Assembly (NCBI GenBank): GCA_902594915.1
Contig: CACJOA010000003.1
Span: forward strand, 4,061-68,060
Source of the DNA: an uncultured Pelagibacteraceae bacterium
GTDB taxonomy: Bacteria; Pseudomonadota; Alphaproteobacteria; Pelagibacterales; Pelagibacteraceae
Direction of reading: 5' to 3'
Length of the DNA stretch: 64,000 bases
The notes under the pieces are model-generated. The model made no database searches. It had not been told where the DNA came from and worked only from the letters and a program-made list of their open reading frames with translations. Positions 31,156-40,107 of the stretch are shown here, in pieces. The position numbers and the translations under genes are program-made. The number at the start of each line of letters is the position of its first letter. Position 1 is the stretch's first letter.

Positions 31156-32409
31156 ATGCAAAAACTAGAGGTCTTTGGAGCAAGTAGGCTCAAGGGACAA
31201 ATTAAAATATCAGGATCAAAAAATGCTTCATTACCAATATTAGCAGCAACTCTTTTATCCAGTAAAAAAATTTTTTTAAAAAATTTACCTAAAGTTAAAG
31301 ATATTGAAACTATGATTTCATTATTGCAATCATTAGGTTCTAAAATAAGTTATGATGGAGAAAAACATATAATTGATAATTCAAATCAAAAAAAATTTTT
31401 TGCATCATATAACTTAGTTAAAACTATGAGAGCAGGAATTTTAGTGCTTGGACCTTTGTTAGCAAAATTTGGTAAGGCAAAGGTCTCGCTCCCAGGTGGA
31501 TGTGCAATTGGGACAAGACCAATAGATATACACTTAAAAGCACTATCAAATCTTGGTGTGAAGTATAAAATTTTTCAGGGATACGTTCACGCTATTGCAC
31601 CAAAGGGACTGATTGGTACAAAGATTAAATTTCCACAAATTTCAGTAGGTGCAACTGAAAATTTAATTATAGCAGCTAGCTTTGCTAAAGGTACTACTAT
31701 TTTGAGTAACTGCGCTGTCGAGCCCGAGGTATTAGATTTAGTCAATTTTCTTAAAAAAATTGGATGTAGCATAAAGTGGATTTCAAAAAGATGTTTAAGC
31801 ATCAAAGGAGTAAAAAAGATTAATGAGATAATTTATTCTATCATGTTTGATCGTATTGAAGCAGGCACATATCTAGTAGCAGCGGCTGCTACAGAGGGAA
31901 ATTTAAGAGTAAAAAATGTTATACCAAGTTTGATTAAAACAGAGTTAAATATCTTAAGAAAAATAGGAGCAAAAATTAAAGTTAAAAGAAATGAAATTCA
32001 TATTATTGGAAATAAAGACATAAAGAATATTAGTTTCAAAACGGCTCCTTACCCAGGCTTTCCAACTGATTTACAAGCTCAATTTATGGTTCTTTTGTGT
32101 AAAGCAAAAAAAGATTCATTTATAAAAGAAGATATATTTGAAAATAGATTTATGCATGTAGGTGAATTAAATCGTATGGGAGCACAAATTAAAATAAATG
32201 GTAATAAGGCAATAATATCAGGAAACACAGATTTTCAAGCAGCAGAATTAATGGCAACAGATCTCAGAGCTTCAGTCTCATTAATTATTGCAGCATTAAC
32301 TGCAAAAGGCAAATCAGTCATAAATAGAATTTATCATCTTGATCGAGGATATGAAAATTTAGAAAAAAAGTTGAAAAAGGTTGGTGCAAAAATTAAGAGA
32401 AGTGGATGA
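31156..32409 (+). CDS. murA: UDP-GlcNAc 1-carboxyvinyltransferase
   Basis: SGSKNA, LPGGCAIG.RP, PGFPTD.Q, HLDRGY. Confidence 0.98.
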   Translation: MQKLEVFGASRLKGQIKISGSKNASLPILAATLLSSKKIFLKNLPKVKDIETMISLLQSLGSKISYDGEKHIIDNSNQKKFFASYNLVKTMRAGILVLGPLLAKFGKAKVSLPGGCAIGTRPIDIHLKALSNLGVKYKIFQGYVHAIAPKGLIGTKIKFPQISVGATENLIIAASFAKGTTILSNCAVEPEVLDLVNFLKKIGCSIKWISKRCLSIKGVKKINEIIYSIMFDRIEAGTYLVAAAATEGNLRVKNVIPSLIKTELNILRKIGAKIKVKRNEIHIIGNKDIKNISFKTAPYPGFPTDLQAQFMVLLCKAKKDSFIKEDIFENRFMHVGELNRMGAQIKINGNKAIISGNTDFQAAELMATDLRASVSLIIAALTAKGKSVINRIYHLDRGYENLEKKLKKVGAKIKRSG

Positions 32410-32795
32410 TGGAAAAAAAATATTTAGCACAGATCATTGCTACTGATAAAGAGGGACTGCAAATGATATCTGCTTGCAGCGCAGGGGCAAAGGTAAGAGT
32501 TGGAGACATAAAATATCTTGCTAGTAATAAAGTTTTTTTGCTATCAATTGAAAGAACTAAAATTGAGATAAATCAAAAAAACATTAAAATAAATAGTATC
32601 TGTAGATTTGATTTTATAAATAAAGTAAAAGCAAAAAATATTGACCAAAAAAAAAATGAATTAATTTTAGAGTTGTTGGCTATTGATTTTATGAAAAATA
32701 ATGACGATTATGAAATTAACTTAATTTTCAAAAATAATGCTCACATTACCTTGACTACTGAGACAATTGAAGCAAGACTCGAAGATCAAAATTAA
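32406..32795 (+). CDS. DUF2948 family protein
   Basis: A.D.E.L..ISA N-terminus, L.LLAI, IEARLED; typical murA-DUF2948-hisD synteny. Confidence 0.75.
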   Translation: MMEKKYLAQIIATDKEGLQMISACSAGAKVRVGDIKYLASNKVFLLSIERTKIEINQKNIKINSICRFDFINKVKAKNIDQKKNELILELLAIDFMKNNDDYEINLIFKNNAHITLTTETIEARLEDQN

Positions 32796-32806
32796 ATTAA
32801 GGATTA

Positions 32807-34090
32807 ATGAAAATATTATATAGCAACAATAAAAATTTTGATAAAAGTTTAGATAAACTGTTAACAAGTAGAAAAAATAGAATTAAGTTAAACTCTAAAT
32901 CAGTAATTAATATTTTAAAAGATGTAAAAAAAAACGGTGATAAAGCTTTATTTAAATATGAAAAAAAGTTTAACAAAAATAAATTAATAGTCCCTAAATC
33001 ATCACAAATTTTGAGGTCAATCAGTTCCTTGGATAAAAATATAAAAAGAGCTATTGACTTAGCTTATAATAGAATTCTAAAGTTTCATTCTCTTCAAAAA
33101 TTTAAAAATATTATTTATACAGATAAACTTAAAAATAAACTTGAATACAAATATGTCCCAATCGAATCAGTTGCCATCTATGTTCCTGGTTCAAGTGCAT
33201 CTTATCCATCAAGTGTTTTAATGAACGCAATTCCTGCAGTTGTAGCTGGAGTTAAGAGAATTGTAATGATAAATCCTAGTTTCAAGGGAAAACTAAATCC
33301 TGCAGTATTATATGCAGCACGCAAATGTAAAATAAAAGAAATCTACTCTATAGGCGGACCATCAGCAATTGCAGCTGTTGCGTATGGAACTAAAAGTATA
33401 AAAAAAGTGGATAAAGTTGTTGGACCAGGTAACTTATATGTTGCAGCGGCAAAAAAAGAGGTTTTTGGTGATGTTGGAATTGAAAGTATGACTGCAGGTC
33501 CGTCAGAAATTACAATTGTTTGTGATAAGTTTTCTAATTCTAGTTGGATAGCGAGTGATCTTATTGGTCAAGCAGAACACGATATTCAAGCACAATGTAT
33601 TCTTATTTCGAAGGATAAGAAATTAATTCAAGAAGTGAAATTTAAAATTTTTGACCAATTAAAAAAAATTAAGAGAGCTTCTATTGCCAAGCAAAGTTTA
33701 AAAAAAAATGGTATATTAATACATATTAACTCAAATAAAAAAATTATTGATGTTGTAAACAAAATTGCCCCTGAGCACCTTGAGTTAAATATTAAAGATT
33801 ATAAATCTATTGTCTCAAAAATAAAAAATTCTGGTTCTATTTGTTTGGGCAAATATGCAGTGATGGCAATGACTGATTATAATATAGGTTCTAATCATGT
33901 CCTGCCCACTAATGGTTCCTCTAGGTATTCAAGTGGGATTAGTGTTAACGAATTTTATAAAAGAATTTCATTAATAAATATATCAAAAAAGGGTATTGAA
34001 AGTCTTGGACCATCGGTTATAACTCTTGCAAACTATGAAGGGTTAGCTGGCCACGCAGAGTCAGTTAAAATAAGAATTAGGAGAAAATAA
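32807..34090 (+). CDS. hisD: Histidinol dehydrogenase
   Basis: [36 protein letters not shown]. Confidence 0.97.
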   Translation: MKILYSNNKNFDKSLDKLLTSRKNRIKLNSKSVINILKDVKKNGDKALFKYEKKFNKNKLIVPKSSQILRSISSLDKNIKRAIDLAYNRILKFHSLQKFKNIIYTDKLKNKLEYKYVPIESVAIYVPGSSASYPSSVLMNAIPAVVAGVKRIVMINPSFKGKLNPAVLYAARKCKIKEIYSIGGPSAIAAVAYGTKSIKKVDKVVGPGNLYVAAAKKEVFGDVGIESMTAGPSEITIVCDKFSNSSWIASDLIGQAEHDIQAQCILISKDKKLIQEVKFKIFDQLKKIKRASIAKQSLKKNGILIHINSNKKIIDVVNKIAPEHLELNIKDYKSIVSKIKNSGSICLGKYAVMAMTDYNIGSNHVLPTNGSSRYSSGISVNEFYKRISLINISKKGIESLGPSVITLANYEGLAGHAESVKIRIRRK

Positions 34091-34092
34091 AT

Positions 34093-34308
34093 TTGTCAAA
34101 ACAAGACTTACTTGAGTTTAAAGGTAAAGTTACAGATCTTTTACCGAATGCTATGTTTAGAGTTAAATTAGAAAATGGCCATATAGTTACAGCACATACT
34201 GCGGGTAAGTTGAGAAAAAATAGAATTAGAGTTTTGCAAGGAGATAATGTTACAGTAGAAATGACACCTTATGACCTTACAAAAGGAAGAATAATTTTTA
34301 GAGGTTAG
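34093..34308 (+). CDS. infA: Translation initiation factor IF-1 (TTG start)
   Basis: [22 protein letters not shown]. Confidence 0.99.
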   Translation: MSKQDLLEFKGKVTDLLPNAMFRVKLENGHIVTAHTAGKLRKNRIRVLQGDNVTVEMTPYDLTKGRIIFRG

Positions 34309-34314
34309 TATTTT

Positions 34315-34389
34315 GCCTCGGTAGCTCAGGAGTAGAGCAGAGCCCTGAAAAGGCTTGTGTCGGAGGTGCGAATCCTTCCCGAGGCACCA
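34315..34389 (+). tRNA. tRNA-Phe(GAA)
   Basis: GCCTCGG/CCGAGGC acceptor stem, GAGCC-CTGAAAA-GGCTT anticodon arm, encoded CCA. Confidence 0.95.
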
Positions 34390-34464
34390 GCAAAATGTCT
34401 TGAAATTAATAAAAAAGAAATTAACTTCTAATAAAAATAAATAACAAAAGGACTAAGAAATAAG

Positions 34465-34677
34465 ATGAGTACATTAAAAGGAACTGTAAAGTGGTTTAAC
34501 GGAAAAAAGGGCTTTGGATTTATCGAAAGAGAAGACAAAGAAAAGGATGCTTTTGTACACGCGAGTGCGGTCAAAGCAGCAGGAATGCGATATTTAAATG
34601 AGGGAGATAAACTTGAATTCACTCTAGAAGATGGACCAAAGGGGCCATCGGCTGTAAATCTGAAAAAACTAGATTAA
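34465..34677 (+). CDS. Cold-shock protein (CspA family)
   Basis: GTVKWFN.KKGFGFI, FVHAS, GPKGPSA. Confidence 0.97.
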   Translation: MSTLKGTVKWFNGKKGFGFIEREDKEKDAFVHASAVKAAGMRYLNEGDKLEFTLEDGPKGPSAVNLKKLD

Positions 34678-34686
34678 TTTTAAATT

Positions 34687-34734
34687 TAAAAAAAAGGACG
34701 TTTCTTTTAAAAGAGTATAACGTCCTTTTTTTTA
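34687..34734. terminator. Rho-independent terminator after cold-shock gene
   Basis: Perfect 16-bp inverted repeat TAAAAAAAAGGACGTT / AACGTCCTTTTTTTTA with T tract. Confidence 0.9.
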
Positions 34735-34772
34735 GGACTTGCATAATTCATTTTTTTGTCTACAAGGGTTTC

Positions 34773-34874
34773 ATGAACTTTAATATGTTATATTCTTTAT
34801 ATTTTATATATACTTCTAAAAAAACCTTAGAGGTAGACGCTAGAAGTATGCATATTCATTCCCATGCTGGCTAA
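34773..34874 (+). CDS. Candidate His-rich leader peptide / sORF (33 aa)
   Basis: MNFNMLYSLYFIYTSKKTLEVDARSMHIHSHAG*; promoter-like CTTGCA-N17-TACAAG 6 nt before ATG; stop lies in a hairpin loop. Confidence 0.45.
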   Translation: MNFNMLYSLYFIYTSKKTLEVDARSMHIHSHAG

Positions 34875-34943
34875 AGCTAGCAATTTTACATTTATTAAAT
34901 AATTTTAAATCCACACAAAATAAGATAAAAATAAATAGGATAA

Positions 34944-35018
34944 GCCCGGGTGGTGTAATGGTTAGCACGGAAGTTTGTGGAACTTTAAGTTTGAGTTCGA
35001 CTCTCAGCCCGGGTACCA
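34944..35018 (+). tRNA. tRNA-His(GTG), type lacking G-1 (G1-U72, A73)
   Basis: GCCCGGG/CCCGGGT-A-CCA, anticodon loop TTGTGGA, T-loop TTCGACT. Confidence 0.96.
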
Positions 35019-35022
35019 AAAA

Positions 35023-36420
35023 ATGAATAAAGATAATAAATTAATTCCTGGGTTACCCCAAGGATTTGAAGATAGATGGAATAAAAAATTACTTCTCAAA
35101 AAAAGACTATTAACAGTCATTGAGAAAAAATTTGTTAAGTATGGATTTGATCCACTGGAGACTCCATCATTTGAAATTAGTGAAAATATAGGCTCCTTTC
35201 TCGCAGAGGATGACAGCAATCCTATGTCTGATGTTTTTACATTTGATGACGGTGAAAAAAATATTACTTTAAGATATGATTTGTCTAGTCCACTTGCTAG
35301 ATTTGTTGCACAAAATAATCAAGAGTTACCTTCAATATACAAAAGATATGCAATTCAAAACGTATTCAGAAATGAAAAATCTGGAAATGCTAGATACAGG
35401 GAATTTACACAAGCAGATTGTGATATAGTTGGCAATGTTAATCCAGCTCAAGCCAATGCTGAGTTATGTAATTTAATTTCTAATACCTTGGTAGATTGTG
35501 GTTTAAAAAAAGATCAGTTTACTATCAATATAAGCAACAGAAAAATCGTTCAAGGTTTAATTGAAGATTTAAAAATTGAAAAAAATAAAAGAACAAAAGT
35601 AATGAGAGCTATAGATAAACTCGATAAACCCGGATTTGGCTTGAAGGGTGTTGAAGAATTATTAAAAAAAGAGAGAAAAGATAAAAGTGGAGATATAACA
35701 AAAGGAGCAAATTTGAGTGATAATCAAGTTTCAAAAATCTTAAATTTTTTAAGGATAAAGAATTTAGAAGAACTTAAACAAAATTTTAAAAATCCTATTA
35801 CTCAAGAAGGCATTAGAGAATTAGAGGAATTATTCGAGGTCTTAAGTTTTGGAAATTATTCTAATCAAGTAAAAACTAATTTTACAATAGTTAGAGGTCT
35901 AGATTATTATGATGGATTTTGCGTTGAAACAAACCTAAACTTTAAAATAAAAAATATTAAAGGTAAGGAAATTGATATTGGAAGTGTCTGCTCAGGTGGA
36001 CAGTATAATAAATTAATTTCGAGATTTAAAGGTGTGGACATTCCAGGAACAGGTATAAGCATTGGCGTAGATAGATTACTATTTGCAATTATGCAATTAA
36101 ATCAATTTCAAATTGTTGCACAAAAGCCAGTTATTGTTTGTGTAATGGATGAAAAATATTTAAAAAATTATTACGATATTTTAAACAATTTGAGAAAAAA
36201 TAATATTAATTCTGAAATATTTTTGGACAGTAAAAAAAATCTAGGCAAACAACTTACTTATGCAAATAAAAGAGAATGTCCAATTGCAATTATATGTGGT
36301 GAAAATGAATTCAAAGATAATAAAATCACATTAAAGAATCTACTTGGAGTTAAAGGAGAGAAAAACCAAATTACGTTTCCAGAAGAAAATTTAATAGATG
36401 AAATCAAAAAATTTATCTGA
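35023..36420 (+). CDS. hisS: Histidyl-tRNA synthetase
   Basis: LRYDL, FRNEK...ARYREFTQ.D.D, RGLDYY, GGQY, GISIGVDR; the 34975 start overlaps the tRNA so ATG 35023 is preferred. Confidence 0.96.
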   Translation: MNKDNKLIPGLPQGFEDRWNKKLLLKKRLLTVIEKKFVKYGFDPLETPSFEISENIGSFLAEDDSNPMSDVFTFDDGEKNITLRYDLSSPLARFVAQNNQELPSIYKRYAIQNVFRNEKSGNARYREFTQADCDIVGNVNPAQANAELCNLISNTLVDCGLKKDQFTINISNRKIVQGLIEDLKIEKNKRTKVMRAIDKLDKPGFGLKGVEELLKKERKDKSGDITKGANLSDNQVSKILNFLRIKNLEELKQNFKNPITQEGIRELEELFEVLSFGNYSNQVKTNFTIVRGLDYYDGFCVETNLNFKIKNIKGKEIDIGSVCSGGQYNKLISRFKGVDIPGTGISIGVDRLLFAIMQLNQFQIVAQKPVIVCVMDEKYLKNYYDILNNLRKNNINSEIFLDSKKNLGKQLTYANKRECPIAIICGENEFKDNKITLKNLLGVKGEKNQITFPEENLIDEIKKFI

Positions 36421-37456
36421 CAAAATCCATAGATCAGTACAGTCTAAAGGATTTAAATATATTCAATTACCCTCAGTAATTGAGACTAATCATATAGTTC
36501 AAAGATCTGGTGAAAGTTTTAGAAAATTTATTTTTTCATTTACAGATCAGGCTGGTAATGAATTATGTTTAAGACCTGATCTTACCATTGCTTCTTGTCT
36601 TAGATATTTAGAGAATAATTTAAAAGGTAAAGAAAAAATATTTTATAGTGGACAGGCCTATAGAAAATCTCAAAATAAAAAAGATTCTATAATCCGAAAT
36701 CAAGTTGGTTTTGAGATTATAGGATCAAAAGATGAAAAAAATGATGACAAAGAAATAATAAATACATCACTTAAATCACTTAAAGTTTTAAAATACTCCA
36801 CAGGCACTCTCACAATTGGCAATGTAGAGATTTTTAATCTTCTAATATCCAAATTAGATATACCAAAAAGATGGAAATTAAGACTTACGAGACATTTTTG
36901 GCGAGAAAACTATTTCAGTGATTTATTAAAAAGACTAGAGACGAATTCTGATGTAGACCCAACTATTGTCGAAGTTGATAAAAGACGATATTTAAAGATG
37001 TTAAAGAATGAACAATCATCTATTGTTGCTGGTAGAACGTTAAAAGAAATTTTAGAAAGATTTGATAAAAAGATTAAAGACCCAAGAAGAGCAAGCAAAG
37101 GAAGCAATACATCAAAAATTATTAAAGAATTTTTGAAAATTAAATGCCCAATAAATAAAGCTGCGAAGGAGTTAAATAAATTTTTTAAAAAACATAAAAT
37201 AAATCTTTTTGTTGATCAGAGATATTTTCCTATCTCAAAAAATAAAATTTCAAAATTAAATGTAGTTTTCTCAACTGCCTTTGGGAGGCAATTAGAATAT
37301 TATACAGGTGTAGTTTTTAAGATAGATATCAAATCAAAATCTAAAATTATAAATTGTTGCAACGGTGGTCGTTATGACAAATTAATCTCTGATCTTGGTT
37401 CAAAAAAACCAATACCAGCTGTTGGAGCAGCCCTTAACTTAAATTTTCAATCATGA
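36398..37456 (+). CDS. hisZ: ATP phosphoribosyltransferase regulatory subunit
   Basis: LCLRPDLTI, Q.G.E, YYTG..F, GGRYD.L, PAVG; between hisS and hisG. Confidence 0.92.
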   Translation: MKSKNLSDKIHRSVQSKGFKYIQLPSVIETNHIVQRSGESFRKFIFSFTDQAGNELCLRPDLTIASCLRYLENNLKGKEKIFYSGQAYRKSQNKKDSIIRNQVGFEIIGSKDEKNDDKEIINTSLKSLKVLKYSTGTLTIGNVEIFNLLISKLDIPKRWKLRLTRHFWRENYFSDLLKRLETNSDVDPTIVEVDKRRYLKMLKNEQSSIVAGRTLKEILERFDKKIKDPRRASKGSNTSKIIKEFLKIKCPINKAAKELNKFFKKHKINLFVDQRYFPISKNKISKLNVVFSTAFGRQLEYYTGVVFKIDIKSKSKIINCCNGGRYDKLISDLGSKKPIPAVGAALNLNFQS

Positions 37457-38138
37457 AAAATTTAATAAATATTGGAATACCAAGTAAGGGACGATTGAGA
37501 AAAGATGTTTTAAAGATTTTTACTAAAAAAAATTAAAGCTTAATTCTGAGCGAGGTAAAAGAGATTTGATAGGCTCAATAGAAAATAAATCAGATATAAA
37601 AATTTTATATTTACACGCAAGAGAAATTATTGAAAGATTAGGAGATGGCTCTTTAGATATTGGCTTCTCAGGATTTGATTTATTAAAAGAAAGTGAGATT
37701 AATACTCAAAACAAAATAAATGTTATTAAAAAACTTAATTTTGGAAATGCTAATTTAGTTGTAGCTATACCAGATCCTTGGATTGATGTTCAAACTATAG
37801 CTGACTTAGAAGAAATTGCATTTGAATTTAGAGATAAAAAGAAAAAAAGATTAAGAGTTGCAACTAAGTATCCAAATTTAACTAGAGATTTTTTATTTTC
37901 CAAAGGTGTTACTCAATTCAAATTGATTGATAGTTTGGGAGCAACTGAGGCATACCCTTTTACTGGCTCGGCTGAATTAATTACAGATATAACATCTACA
38001 GGTGAGACTCTTAAGGCAAATAACTTACGTATATTGAAAGATGGAGAAATTTTAAAATCTCAAGCTTGTATTTTTACTTCAAAGAAAAATAGTAAGAAAA
38101 AGGGATTAAAAAACTTGGTTAGATTACTTTCCAAGTAA
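37453..38138 (+). CDS. hisG: ATP phosphoribosyltransferase (short form), frameshifted in an A8 run
   Basis: N-terminus MKNLINIGIPSKGRL from ATG 37453 stops at TAA 37534-37536; rest (VATKYP, GATE, DITSTGETL.AN) continues in the -1 frame. Confidence 0.9.
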
Positions 38139-38255
38139 TTTATCTTTAAAGTATATGAGAATAATTTTGATTATATCTAAATTTCGCATTACTGCATACA
38201 TAGCTATTAAAAAACCTATTCCAAAAACAATTTTCAATATAAGATATGATTCCAT
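38124..38255 (-). CDS. Small membrane protein (43 aa), not in ORF track
   Basis: MESYLILKIVFGIGFLIAMYAVMRNLDIIKIILIYFKDKLLGK*; AAGGGA a few nt upstream of ATG; fills the hisG-rmuC gap. Confidence 0.6.
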   Translation of the reverse strand: MESYLILKIVFGIGFLIAMYAVMRNLDIIKIILIYFKDKLLGK

Positions 38256-38285
38256 AAAAATCCCTTATAATATAAGATACGAATC

Positions 38286-39377
38286 ATGGACACATTTTTA
38301 TTAACAATCTTGATTTTAATGTTTGGAGCAATCCTGACTATTTTATATTTAAATATAAAGTTCAAGAATGACAGCAGAGCAGATGAGACTAATGTAATAG
38401 CAAATTTGAACACAGAGATTATTAGACTAAAAGATAGCTTAAATTCTACAATCAATACATCTCTAAGTTCGATGTCTACCTCATTTAACTCTTTATCAAC
38501 TGGGGTTACAAAGGACATGACTGAGGCCCTTACAAAAGTTGATGAGAAGGTCGGTAATTTTAACGAACAAGTAAAGCTCTTAAATCAAAGTCAAGAAGGA
38601 ATCACTAAAATTTTAGCAGGGGTCAAAAAGTACGGAACTTTAGCTGAGTATTCTTTAGATGCTTTAATAAAAGATTTGCTTCCAGCATCACAATACATGA
38701 TTAACGTTAAGATGAAAGAGGATACTAATGAAAATGTAGAATTTGCCATTAAACTTCAAGGCGATGTGTTAGTTCCAGTAGATTCTCATTTTCCAGTAGA
38801 AAAATTTAAAGCAATTACCGAAGCTTATGAAGCTGATGATAAAAAAGCAATAGCTGACGCTCGAACAAAATTAGCAAGTGCTTTTAAAGCAAAAGCAAAA
38901 AGTGTAAATGAAAAATATATTTTCCCACCAAAAACAACTGATTTTGCAATCGTTTATGCTCCTACAGAGAGTTTATATAAAGAACTAACTGAGTATCAAG
39001 ATCAAGGAACAAAAGAATTATTAACCCAAGAATTGATGAAAAAATTTAAAATAGTTATTTGTGGCCCTAATACTTTATCAGCATATTTGCAATCTTTACA
39101 CATGGGGTTCCAATCACTGAAGGTTCAAAAAGGTGCTACAGAAATTTATAATCATTTAAAAACAATTAGTACAAGATTTGGTAAACATTTTGATAATGTT
39201 ATTATTCTTAGAAAAAAACTTGAAGAAGCAATGAATGTTGTAGATAAGTTCGGAACTGATGCTAGGTCAATCACCAGAACTTTGGAAAACATTAAAGATC
39301 CCGAGCAAGTTGAAAAAGCTATTTTAACAGATAACGTTGAGAAATTTGTTGAAAAAAATAAACAGCTTAAAAAATAA
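38286..39377 (+). CDS. rmuC: DNA recombination protein RmuC family
   Basis: N-terminal TM and coiled coil, G.LAE..L, VEFAIKL, VDSHFP, KYI.PP.TTDFAI, GP.TL.A.L.SL.MGF. Confidence 0.88.
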   Translation: MDTFLLTILILMFGAILTILYLNIKFKNDSRADETNVIANLNTEIIRLKDSLNSTINTSLSSMSTSFNSLSTGVTKDMTEALTKVDEKVGNFNEQVKLLNQSQEGITKILAGVKKYGTLAEYSLDALIKDLLPASQYMINVKMKEDTNENVEFAIKLQGDVLVPVDSHFPVEKFKAITEAYEADDKKAIADARTKLASAFKAKAKSVNEKYIFPPKTTDFAIVYAPTESLYKELTEYQDQGTKELLTQELMKKFKIVICGPNTLSAYLQSLHMGFQSLKVQKGATEIYNHLKTISTRFGKHFDNVIILRKKLEEAMNVVDKFGTDARSITRTLENIKDPEQVEKAILTDNVEKFVEKNKQLKK

Positions 39378-39414
39378 TTTCTTTTTTCAGATAATACCGA
39401 CTATAAGAAATCTC

Positions 39415-40101
39415 ATGCGTTGGAACAAAAAATATGACTATCCTACAAGTTCAAGAGCGACAGAAGATGGAATAAGAAGATATGTTTTAGGAGAAGCAAA
39501 GTTACCTAGTGTAACTTCAATACTCGATGCAACAAAGTCTGAGGAAGATAAAGCAGCTTTGGCTAATTGGCGTGAAAGAACTGGCCACAAAGAAGCTGAA
39601 GCTATTACAAAAGCAGCAAGTAGCAGAGGCTCACAGATGCACAGCTATTTAGAGTCTTTTCTTTTAGGTAGAGAAAATTTAACTTTCTTTGAGGATAAAG
39701 AGCAATATAAAAAAATGGCAAAAGAAATTATTGATAAGGGTATAACTAACAGATTAGAGGAAATATATGGAGTGGAGTGCACTATGTATTATCCTGAGAG
39801 ATATGCTGGCACAGCAGACTGTGTGGGCGTATATGAGGGAAAAGAAACAATAATTGATTTTAAGCAGTCCAACAAACCCAAAAAAGCTGAGTACATAGAC
39901 TCTTGGTTTTTACAAACTGCTGCTTATTCTTTAGCACATAATGTTGTTTATAATTCAAATATCAATGCTTGTGTTATTCTAGTTTGCACAGTAGATAATT
40001 TGTTTCAAGAGTTTAAAATTCAAGGATCTGAATTAATAACATATCAAAATTTGTTTTTAGGAAGATTGAAAAAATTTAGTGAAATAAATAATTTAGTTTA
40101 A
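39415..40101 (+). CDS. PD-(D/E)XK exonuclease, MGME1/phage exonuclease-like
   Basis: LPSVTSIL, WRERTG, RGSQMH..LE, YAGTADC, IIDFKQS, LQTAAY; ATG 39415 preferred. Confidence 0.85.
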   Translation: MRWNKKYDYPTSSRATEDGIRRYVLGEAKLPSVTSILDATKSEEDKAALANWRERTGHKEAEAITKAASSRGSQMHSYLESFLLGRENLTFFEDKEQYKKMAKEIIDKGITNRLEEIYGVECTMYYPERYAGTADCVGVYEGKETIIDFKQSNKPKKAEYIDSWFLQTAAYSLAHNVVYNSNINACVILVCTVDNLFQEFKIQGSELITYQNLFLGRLKKFSEINNLV

Positions 40102-40107
40102 TAAAAA

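Noticed and set aside
30128-35018. tRNA-anchored genomic islands
   Set aside because: No duplicated tRNA 3' ends or integrases seen; flanks are mostly core genes
34975-35022. N-terminal extension of hisS in the ORF track
   Set aside because: Overlaps tRNA-His; ATG 35023 is the plausible start
39415-40101. Nuclease as Cas4 or a prophage marker
   Set aside because: No Cas4 four-Cys arrangement, no CRISPR repeats, cas genes, integrase or phage structural genes in the window
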